This document shows, in pieces, positions 18,256 through 26,382 of a stretch of 38,280 nt of DNA. The notes under the pieces are model-generated. The model did no database searches and was not told where the DNA came from. It saw only the letters and a program-made list of their open reading frames with translations. The position numbers were made by a program, and so were the translations under genes. Positions within the stretch are counted from its first letter, which is position 1. Each line of letters begins with the position of its first letter. The DNA is from Candidatus Avispirillum sp. (GTDB taxonomy: Bacteria; Bacillota; Clostridia; Oscillospirales; CAG-272): contig JAZRRC010000172.1 of the NCBI GenBank assembly GCA_045650355.1, positions 1-38,280 on the forward strand, in the 5' to 3' direction.

Positions 18256-20589
18256 ATGGTAGAAATATCTGTAACTGAAAAACAACAGTTAGCTAACAGA
18301 ATAGAGGGCATTGGCAAATTCTTTGAAAAAAACGTAAGCGATAATATGAAAAAATACATTCTCGGCGGCACAAAGGTTGCCAGATACGTTAAGCGTATCC
18401 CCGATTATGTTGTTTATATCAATAATATTATGTCTCTTGCGTTCATTTTTGCACACGGATGTCTCAGATGCGATACTGACAGCGAAGAGCCTGTGAGCAA
18501 AAACGTTACAAAGCAAAGCTCTATCCGTATTATAAACAGCCTTAACAAGGCTTACGTTCAGTACCCCGTCACATCTGAGCTTATTCAGTTCGTTCTTTCC
18601 GATATCCAGTTTGAAATGCTCCAGGGTACGGACAGCGAGCTTTACGAGGTATTTGAGCATCTCTGCCCCTTCAGCTCAAAGGAATTTACTCTCACCAAGT
18701 ATTACAAGCTTATCGCAGAATGGAAAGCTGCTCCCTCTCGTTTCAACACAAATTCAAACGATCTTGCGGGCATGTTCCAGAAGCTTTTGCAGAACATGGT
18801 GTTCATCAAGAACTATGATCTTGTTCGCGATGAGGACGGTAATTTCACCTTCTTTGAAAAAGAAGCGATGGAATTCGGTGATATGGGCAAATACAGCACA
18901 GTTCCCGCTTCACATATCATTTATTACGATCCTACCAAATCCCTTGATATGTTTTCTCTTTACAGCATTGAGAAAATCGAAGAGGATTCCTCAAAGCAGC
19001 TTGGACTCAGCTACATCTCCGGAGACGGATTTAAGACCCTTTCCTTCCGAGTATCGGAAGATCTTCCTGAGGATGAAAGCAGCTCTGCCAATTTCATCTG
19101 CTCTGATGCTGAAGAATATTACTATGAAATAATCGGTGAAGGTTGGACACCCGACACCGACGAAACCGACACAAAAAAAAACTCTAATTTTATAGACCAG
19201 GTCCATGCGATCAACTATAAATACATAAAAAACCTGGCTCTGGCCATCTCTGATGCCATCGGAGTCAATATGGGCTCCAAAAGAGCGCTTTATAAAGCAT
19301 ACCATTTCCGCCACAAGGACGTTTTCGAAAAGATAACCTCCCTTGCTGACGTAGAGGATATGAAGCTTGACTGGGACGGCATTATCGTTATGCTTCTCAT
19401 AGAATCAAGCCCTACAAGCGTTCTTGAAACACTTTTCCGTGCTGTTCCCCAAACCTTTATCACTATCGCCAGAAACCTTTGCAAGCGTATCGATAACCCT
19501 GATATGCCTATCTACGGTCTCAACGAAAAAGAGCTTGTGAAAAAGGTTAACGAAATAATCCAGTCCAAGCTCATTTTGGGAGAATCCAGCGGATTCGGTA
19601 AGATTCCCAGAGTCAAATCCGATGAGCGACTCTATGCTCATGCAGCATCGCAGCTCATCATTTCATCAATTTCATCTGCTCTGGAAAGCGATGCTATTGA
19701 AAAAACCATCTGCGCCGGCAATATTTACGACAACATTTCTCTTCTTAACAAGATGAAGTCGGATACGTCTGCCGAGCAAAAATGCAAATATGTCAGCATC
19801 ATTCTCGGAGAAACGTTCAGACATCTTATCTGCTTCTATACAGGCCTTCTCAGCTATGGCGAGATCAAAGCCAAATTTGATGCGGAATCCTGCAACAGCT
19901 GCTTCTCCGAATCAAAGATAGCGTTCTATCAGAAAAAGCTTCACAATGCTTTTATGAATGCTGCAAAAAATGAGGCTAAAGAGCTTAAGGGCTATAACCC
20001 TGCAGACCAGAAGGATATGATTACACTTCTTCACCGCTTTATCACTCTGTGCGAAAACTGCAGCTCTTCCTCTAAAACCAGAACAACCAATGGCCATAAG
20101 CTCTATGCTGCTCTTGGCAGACATGAGCTTCTGAACATCAATGAATTTAAGAACTACGCTCTTGGTTACGTAGAAACCCTTTCCGAAATTAACGAAAATA
20201 ACGTTAACAACTGGATCGCATTTGCTTTGGATGTATTAAAGTATCTCCGTTACGGCAGTTTCAAAAGCAAAACAGATTCTGCCTTCAATGCAGTTTATCC
20301 CTTTACCGCAGTTTATAACCGCGGTAACGAAAACTACGACGGATACAAAACCGTTACCTTTACTCTGTTTATAGACTCTGACAACGACGACAAAACAGAA
20401 AAAGAATACATCAACGTGCTTACTGAGTTTTCTTACAACCTGAGCAATGTTTTCTACTGCCTCCCCAATATCCTCCGTTCCAATAAGAAATGGTGGATAG
20501 ACCCCGTGCTCATCAATTTCAAAGACTTTAACGAGCTGTTCTCCGATGATGACGAAAAGGATAACAGCGACGATACTGCAGAGGAGTAA
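18256..20589 (+). CDS. Hypothetical 777-aa protein
   Basis: Long ORF, GGGAGG RBS, no recognised domain. Confidence 0.85.
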   Translation: MVEISVTEKQQLANRIEGIGKFFEKNVSDNMKKYILGGTKVARYVKRIPDYVVYINNIMSLAFIFAHGCLRCDTDSEEPVSKNVTKQSSIRIINSLNKAYVQYPVTSELIQFVLSDIQFEMLQGTDSELYEVFEHLCPFSSKEFTLTKYYKLIAEWKAAPSRFNTNSNDLAGMFQKLLQNMVFIKNYDLVRDEDGNFTFFEKEAMEFGDMGKYSTVPASHIIYYDPTKSLDMFSLYSIEKIEEDSSKQLGLSYISGDGFKTLSFRVSEDLPEDESSSANFICSDAEEYYYEIIGEGWTPDTDETDTKKNSNFIDQVHAINYKYIKNLALAISDAIGVNMGSKRALYKAYHFRHKDVFEKITSLADVEDMKLDWDGIIVMLLIESSPTSVLETLFRAVPQTFITIARNLCKRIDNPDMPIYGLNEKELVKKVNEIIQSKLILGESSGFGKIPRVKSDERLYAHAASQLIISSISSALESDAIEKTICAGNIYDNISLLNKMKSDTSAEQKCKYVSIILGETFRHLICFYTGLLSYGEIKAKFDAESCNSCFSESKIAFYQKKLHNAFMNAAKNEAKELKGYNPADQKDMITLLHRFITLCENCSSSSKTRTTNGHKLYAALGRHELLNINEFKNYALGYVETLSEINENNVNNWIAFALDVLKYLRYGSFKSKTDSAFNAVYPFTAVYNRGNENYDGYKTVTFTLFIDSDNDDKTEKEYINVLTEFSYNLSNVFYCLPNILRSNKKWWIDPVLINFKDFNELFSDDDEKDNSDDTAEE

Positions 20590-20596
20590 ACAAAAA

Positions 20597-21403
20597 ATGG
20601 TATCAAACCGACATTACATGCTGGACGCATACGGTTGCTTTGTGGAGCAATCAAACAGCATTATGGTAGTAAATGACCTGCTTGTTCAGTTGGCTACTGA
20701 TCTTGAAATGAAGCCGGTCATGCCTCCTTTTCTGATCCCTTTCTACTATTGCAATGACGCTGAGGACGTTGGAATCAGTGCGTTTTGTATCTGCGCAAAC
20801 GGCTCCCACATAACCATTCATACCTTCCCTTATCGCTCCTGCTATTTCGTTGATATTCTGACAGACCAGTTTTTCAGCGAATCAGAGGTTACAAACACTA
20901 TCCGCAACCAGCTTTATGCGAGCAACATAAGTACAAACGTTGTGGACAGAAGAGTTTTCGAGGGTATTGACGGTGCCATCGATACAGATAACGATTTCGG
21001 CCCTCATTACATGATTACGGTAGAAAACCTTGATGCTGACCTGGAAAGCATTTTCTCCTGGCTTGATACTATTGCGCCCAGCATTAACATGCAGGCAATT
21101 TCCCGCCCCTACGTTATCTACGACAATTCTACAAACCCCAATTACATCTCGGGTATTCTTGTTGTAGCGCAGAGCCATATCGCCTTCCATTACTCTATTC
21201 AGGAAAAGGTTGCGAATATTGACATATTCTCATGCAGCTTCCTTGAAAACGGAGCAATTGAATCTCTTATTCATCAGTCTTTCGGTGAAGAAATATCAAT
21301 CAATCTGTTTGCAAGAGGAAGTAAGCATAAGATCGAATGCCAGAAGCGCTCCAGACAAACTATAATAGAAAAGAATTCCGGCTGGCGAGATAATATTATG
21401 TGA
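20597..21403 (+). CDS. Tandem S-adenosylmethionine decarboxylase (SpeD-like) domain protein
   Basis: Two repeats: HYMLDAYGC...GISAF...GSHITIHTFP...VDILT and FGPHYMI...ISGILVVAQSHIAFH...DIFSC. ATG 20597 after GAGGAG. Confidence 0.8.
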   Translation: MVSNRHYMLDAYGCFVEQSNSIMVVNDLLVQLATDLEMKPVMPPFLIPFYYCNDAEDVGISAFCICANGSHITIHTFPYRSCYFVDILTDQFFSESEVTNTIRNQLYASNISTNVVDRRVFEGIDGAIDTDNDFGPHYMITVENLDADLESIFSWLDTIAPSINMQAISRPYVIYDNSTNPNYISGILVVAQSHIAFHYSIQEKVANIDIFSCSFLENGAIESLIHQSFGEEISINLFARGSKHKIECQKRSRQTIIEKNSGWRDNIM

Positions 21404-21407
21404 AAAT

Positions 21408-21455
21408 AAAAGCACAAAAAAAGGATGCAATTCTGCATCCTTTTTTTGTGCTTTT
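21408..21455. terminator. Bidirectional terminator
   Basis: AAAAGCACAAAAAAAGGATGCA-attc-TGCATCCTTTTTTTGTGCTTTT. Confidence 0.9.
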
Positions 21456-21460
21456 AAGCA

Positions 21461-23278
21461 TTAATCGTCGTCCTTTTCCTGCTCCTTGAGAGGAAGCTCA
21501 GCAAAGGGCACAAGGCAGTTGTGAAGCTTTGCAAGGTCATTTCTGCCTTCCTTTTCAACTGTACCTCCGTAGGAATATCCCTCGGAGCGCATATATGCAT
21601 TCCAGCGGCAGTGCTCAAGCTTTCTGATTGCCCAAAGCTCCTCCTGAGTTCTTTCGGAGGGATCCTTGTCAATTCCGGGAATTAAGCAAAGAGATTTCAT
21701 CCTTCTGTGAATTGCAGATGCAAGAGATGACTTGAAATTATAATCGAAGCGCCAGAAATCACTTTCATTGCCCCAGCGCATATGTCTCTGAAGGGCAACT
21801 GCCTCAACGTCGGATCCGAGAATTACTCTTTCGGAATATGATGTTCTGAGGTCACCGATAAAGTCTATATCATAGCTCTGCTGCTTAAAGTTTGTAACAC
21901 CAGTAAGAGCTTCTCTCTTTTCGGAATTATAAACTACGGAATGGATACGGGGAGCATATCCGAGACGGGCAAAAAGTGTGCGAAGCTTTACTGCTGTCGC
22001 TATATTCTTCTCATCATTGCCGAGGGCAACAAATACATACGTTATACGGGGGAGAGCTGCAACAGCATCGTCAAAGCTCTTTGTCTCAACGTCCACACCG
22101 GGATAGATATTGAGCTCATATTTTGCCTCACCGTCAATATCGAATCTTCCGTTGAAGCGGGGATCCATAAGCTCAGGGCAAAGAGAGGTGAATTTTTCGC
22201 AGGCATTCTTATCGCTGTCGAAGGCGTAAATTCTTGCCTCGTAGCCGTCCATCTGGCAGAACCAGGGAAGAGCCTTAGCCATCTCGCGACCGTGGTTACC
22301 CATACCAACAACAAGGGCAGATATCTGCTTTGTGCCCTTTTCATCCTCAACGGCACTGCAGAATATCTTCTCATATCCTTCCTCATAGAGAGTTCTTGTA
22401 ACGAGAGACTGAACCTCGTTTACACGGCGAACCTTGATCTTTACCTCTTTGGTGCCGTTCTCGGTTTCCTCATTAAAGGCATTTGTGAGAAGCATCTCAG
22501 ATTCGATCTGAGTTGAGAACAAATAAAGCTTTGTGTTCTCTCTGTATTTAAACTTTTCTATAAGCTTGAGGGCATGGTCAATGCTCTCGGACTGATCGTT
22601 TCCGATAGCGAAAAAGTTGAGCTCAGCATTTTTGCTGTGGAAGGAAAAGTCGATGGTTACGATATCCTTTTTGAAATAAATAGCACCGATCTCCTTAGCT
22701 CTTTCCAGAAGCTCGTAGCTTTCCTCCTCTTCCTTTTCAAAAACGTCTGTGAAAACGAAGATTCTGTTTTTCTTATCATTTTTGAAAAGGCTTTCCGCAA
22801 GAGAAATAGATCTTTCGTTAAGCTCGGAGAAAATAAATGCCTGAGATGTAAAATGTGTCAGGTATTTCTTATATGCGTTGATGTTCTTGAAAAAAGAAAG
22901 AACAAATCCGAAGGTCATAAGAGGCGCTACAACAAAAAGGAATGAGAAAAACAAAGTATATGCACGGGCCATTCCCTCGGAAAGGTCTGCCATATGGTTC
23001 GTTATAAACTCAAACTCACCGTCAACGATAAAGAGACGGATCATATTGTGTACTGCTATAAAAAACGTCTCAAAAGCGCCGCAGCCGCTGTCGCCGAATG
23101 CATCCATATAAACAGGAACAAACAAAAGCACAGCCGACACAACGATTCCCGCAGAAAAAATCTTTGCAGGATCAAGGAGGCGCCCTCTTCTGTATCTTGT
23201 TTTACTGCGAATTAATGCCGCAACAGAAGCTCCTGCAAGGCACACAGCTGCCAAAATAAAGAAAATCAACCAACTCAT
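21461..23278 (-). CDS. Membrane protein with RCK/TrkA-N-like domains and C-terminal RyR domain
   Basis: N-terminal TMs, Rossmann-like VVGMGNHG, and C-terminal LEHCRWNAYMRSEGYSYG...KLHNCLVPFAELPLKEQEKD typical of RyR repeats. Confidence 0.75.
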   Translation of the reverse strand: MSWLIFFILAAVCLAGASVAALIRSKTRYRRGRLLDPAKIFSAGIVVSAVLLFVPVYMDAFGDSGCGAFETFFIAVHNMIRLFIVDGEFEFITNHMADLSEGMARAYTLFFSFLFVVAPLMTFGFVLSFFKNINAYKKYLTHFTSQAFIFSELNERSISLAESLFKNDKKNRIFVFTDVFEKEEEESYELLERAKEIGAIYFKKDIVTIDFSFHSKNAELNFFAIGNDQSESIDHALKLIEKFKYRENTKLYLFSTQIESEMLLTNAFNEETENGTKEVKIKVRRVNEVQSLVTRTLYEEGYEKIFCSAVEDEKGTKQISALVVGMGNHGREMAKALPWFCQMDGYEARIYAFDSDKNACEKFTSLCPELMDPRFNGRFDIDGEAKYELNIYPGVDVETKSFDDAVAALPRITYVFVALGNDEKNIATAVKLRTLFARLGYAPRIHSVVYNSEKREALTGVTNFKQQSYDIDFIGDLRTSYSERVILGSDVEAVALQRHMRWGNESDFWRFDYNFKSSLASAIHRRMKSLCLIPGIDKDPSERTQEELWAIRKLEHCRWNAYMRSEGYSYGGTVEKEGRNDLAKLHNCLVPFAELPLKEQEKDDD

Positions 23279-23397
23279 AATTTCTTGCCTTCTTTCCGGT
23301 TTCAAAAGGTGCTGATCACCCATTTTTATAAGTTTATTTTATCACAAAAAGATATTCTTCGCAAGGGTATGTGTAATATTTACAAATTAATTAAATC

Positions 23398-23426
23398 TTG
23401 ACATAAAAATTACAGTAGATTATAAT
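23398..23426 (+). promoter_or_regulatory. Consensus sigmaA promoter
   Basis: TTGACA-17 bp-TATAAT, perfect consensus. Confidence 0.85.
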
Positions 23427-23462
23427 TAAAAAAACACTAATACAAAAAGGATTGGTAATATT

Positions 23463-24377
23463 ATGGAAAACAAGAAAATTCCCGTTATTCTGGATACCGA
23501 TATCGGCGGCGATATTGACGACTCCTGGGCGCTTGCCCTCCTTCTCCGCTGCCCCGAGCTTGATACAAAGCTCGTTGTTACCGCACTTGAGGGCGGCTCT
23601 GACCCCTATGCAAGAGCAAAGATAACAGCAAAGCAGATCGCAAACAGCGGCTACTCCATTCCCGTAGGCTCCGGTATTCCCGTTGAGTCCGAGAGCACAA
23701 CGATGGGCGGCTGGGCTGAGGATTTCGATCTTGACAGCTACTCCGCTCCCTTCTATAAGGACGGCATTCAGGCAATGATCGATACAGTTATGGCATCTGA
23801 GGAGACTGTTACCATCATCTGCATCGGCCCTCTCACAAACATCGCAGAGGCGCTCCGCCGCGAGCCCCGTATTGCAGAGAAGGCAAAGATACTTGCGGTT
23901 ATGGGCTCCATCTACAACGGACACAGCCTTGACTTTATTGCAAAGGCATCAGACTACAATGTCCGCGCAGATATCCCCGCAGCAAGAGCAGTTTTTGCCG
24001 CTCCCTGGGATATTACAATTGCTCCTCTTGATATTACAGCCCACCTTGTTGTAGGCGATGATAACTATCAGCATATTCTCTACAAGCGCGACAGCGACCC
24101 CGTTTGCGGCACAGTTCTTTCTGCATTTGACACGTGGATGGTGGAGCACAACTGCACGTATTATAAGACCCATACAACCTCCCTCTACGATACTGCCGCA
24201 ATTTATATGGCAGTTACGGGAGATTATAACGTGATCGTTGAGGACCATATGCTCTCCATCGACGACGGCGGATATACAAACGATGACGAGGGCGGTCGTC
24301 TTGTTCACTGCGCAGTTTATTGGAAATACAAGGATATTTTCTATAAGTTTGTAACAGACAGACTTTGCAACAGATAA
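23463..24377 (+). CDS. Nucleoside hydrolase (IU-NH family)
   Basis: ILDTDIGGDIDD, IGPLTNIA, MGS, YNVRAD, PLDIT, LYD. Confidence 0.9.
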   Translation: MENKKIPVILDTDIGGDIDDSWALALLLRCPELDTKLVVTALEGGSDPYARAKITAKQIANSGYSIPVGSGIPVESESTTMGGWAEDFDLDSYSAPFYKDGIQAMIDTVMASEETVTIICIGPLTNIAEALRREPRIAEKAKILAVMGSIYNGHSLDFIAKASDYNVRADIPAARAVFAAPWDITIAPLDITAHLVVGDDNYQHILYKRDSDPVCGTVLSAFDTWMVEHNCTYYKTHTTSLYDTAAIYMAVTGDYNVIVEDHMLSIDDGGYTNDDEGGRLVHCAVYWKYKDIFYKFVTDRLCNR

Positions 24378-24378
24378 A

Positions 24379-25209
24379 ATGAAAAAGCTAATTATCATTG
24401 CGGCATCTGTCCTTGCAGCAGCGGCTGCTGTTGCAACTCTGATAATAATATTGCTGTTAAGCTCAAAAAACACAGAAGAGAAATATTTATATTGCGCTGA
24501 ATGTAAGGATGAATGCGAGTATAGCTGCAATTCCAACTGTGTGAATGAGAACGGTATTTGTATGTGCAATCTCAGCTTTTGGGACAGTCAGCGTATATCT
24601 GTATTTGATATCGGAGAAATTAACTTCGACAGCCACAAAGCTCCTGAAAATATCGATAACAGCACACGTTTTTACAGCTACGATGACCTCTATTCCGTTT
24701 ACGTTGTCATCGCAAAGAATCTTATAAAAAAAGACCGACTGTCAAAGGCGGAAATCATAGAAACTGCTGATTTTTATAAAAAGCTTTTGTTTTCGTTGGA
24801 AAATTATGAAGCTTCGGACTCCTCCTCGAAAACAGCGGAGTTGCCCGAAATGCAGGAGCTGTACGATGATATGCAAAAGGACGTCATAGAGCTGCTCTAC
24901 AACAACAATATCATTCGCTTCCCCAAACACACCGATAAAAATTCGGCAGGCTTTTTCATTGAAAATCTGCTCATATATACAGAGGGCTCCCTCAGTGAGT
25001 TGAAAATCATCAAAAAATCAGAAGACACCCTGTACGTCCTTTCCGACGACGGTCAGCTGTTCTTTTCCGAAAAAATATCCGATTCCGAAGGAATCACGGG
25101 ATACACCGAGTTTTATCCAAACACGGATGAATCATATTTGAAATATTCTGATCAGGCCATCTCGGTTATGGATTTAGAAACACCTATCCCTCTTTACAAA
25201 AAGAACTGA
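24379..25209 (+). CDS. Membrane-anchored Cys-rich hypothetical protein
   Basis: N-terminal TM, CAECKDECEYSCNSNC...CMC. Paralog of the next gene. Confidence 0.75.
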   Translation: MKKLIIIAASVLAAAAAVATLIIILLLSSKNTEEKYLYCAECKDECEYSCNSNCVNENGICMCNLSFWDSQRISVFDIGEINFDSHKAPENIDNSTRFYSYDDLYSVYVVIAKNLIKKDRLSKAEIIETADFYKKLLFSLENYEASDSSSKTAELPEMQELYDDMQKDVIELLYNNNIIRFPKHTDKNSAGFFIENLLIYTEGSLSELKIIKKSEDTLYVLSDDGQLFFSEKISDSEGITGYTEFYPNTDESYLKYSDQAISVMDLETPIPLYKKN

Positions 25210-25239
25210 CAGCCGTTATTAAAGCCACATAAATATGCT

Positions 25240-26190
25240 ATGAAAAAGATAAATATCATAATTATCATTGTAATAGGTATAGCTCTTGCTTTGGGAATTA
25301 CATTATTTGCGCTTATGCACTTTGGAAGCCCTGAGATTCAATCGCAGATAATTGATACATTTTATAAAAACGTCACCGAGATTACACATGATTCCATCAC
25401 AGTCAAGCTTAAGGATGGTCACAATTACGATTTAAGCGGCAAAAAATACGAATTGTGTCCCTACTGCGACTGTTGTGAGGAGGGAATGTGCGACTGGCAT
25501 TGCGAAGCGTCCGGCGATTCATCCTGCGGCTGCTTCAACAGCAGTCTTTCTCTGTTTGACGTAGCAATCTTTACCTTCCCCGAAACGATTCCCATAGATG
25601 AGGTATATCACGATTCAATCCATTTCAACAAAGAGGATATTTTCCCCGTCTACGTTCACATTGCCAAAAAGCTTACCGACAAGGAAAGCCTCACTGACAA
25701 AGAAGTGCTTGAGATTGCAAACTATTTTAAAAAGCTTAGCGAATCAATTAATATTTATCAGCAAGCAGACGATGAATTTATTGACGGATTGCCTGAAATG
25801 CCCGAGCTTTACGGAGATATGAGCAGTGACATACAAATGCTTTTGTATAACCGCAAGATCATTGTGGATCTGTCTTTTATCAACGAGGATACCACACATC
25901 TTTTTATAGAGAACTGTCTGCGCATGACAGGCGCTTGTCCTTTAGATCAGCTGAGTGTTGTGTGCATTGAGGATTCCCCTGAAAGTCTTTCCTATTATGC
26001 TTTTTCCGACAAAGGATACTGTTATTTTAATCTCAGCATATCTTTTGACAATACGTACTGGTCTTCATGCTCAAGCTTCTCTCCAACTCTCACACCTCTC
26101 TTTACTGAACAACAGATTTCAAAAATGCTTGAAATGGCTGTTAATATTACCGACGCAAGCTCTGAAATCCCAACGTATATTGCTGATTAG
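25240..26190 (+). CDS. Membrane-anchored Cys-rich hypothetical protein
   Basis: N-terminal TM, CPYCDCCEEGMCDWHC...CGC. Shares VYV.IAK.L and LPEM.ELY.DM..D...LLYN with the previous gene. Confidence 0.75.
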   Translation: MKKINIIIIIVIGIALALGITLFALMHFGSPEIQSQIIDTFYKNVTEITHDSITVKLKDGHNYDLSGKKYELCPYCDCCEEGMCDWHCEASGDSSCGCFNSSLSLFDVAIFTFPETIPIDEVYHDSIHFNKEDIFPVYVHIAKKLTDKESLTDKEVLEIANYFKKLSESINIYQQADDEFIDGLPEMPELYGDMSSDIQMLLYNRKIIVDLSFINEDTTHLFIENCLRMTGACPLDQLSVVCIEDSPESLSYYAFSDKGYCYFNLSISFDNTYWSSCSSFSPTLTPLFTEQQISKMLEMAVNITDASSEIPTYIAD

Positions 26191-26193
26191 TTT

Positions 26194-26233
26194 AATCCCC
26201 TGTCACGCCATGATGCCGTGACAGGGGATTTTT
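26194..26233 (+). terminator. Rho-independent terminator
   Basis: AATCCCCTGTCACG...CGTGACAGGGGATT followed by Ts. Confidence 0.85.
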
Positions 26234-26310
26234 CATTGCCATAAAGCACTTTTTTAAAAAAGATTGTCTTTTCTGTCTGTATCTTCAAAAAAACTTAACA
26301 TCAAACCGTG

Positions 26311-26339
26311 TTGACCCACAACGGGTTTTATGATAAACT
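26311..26339 (+). promoter_or_regulatory. Putative uvrB promoter
   Basis: TTGACC-17 bp-TAAACT with TG extended -10. Confidence 0.55.
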
Positions 26340-26382
26340 TGTTTTATAAAAAATGAAGCGAAAGCTGAGGAAAGGAACAGAT

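Noticed and set aside
13933-21403. Thoeris or CBASS assignment
   Set aside because: No SIR2/SLOG/Macro ThsA, nucleotidyltransferase or cyclase motif recognised.
23463-24377. Nucleoside hydrolase as part of the TIR system
   Set aside because: It has its own promoter, is separated by an opposite-strand gene, and is a common housekeeping enzyme. No evidence of linkage.
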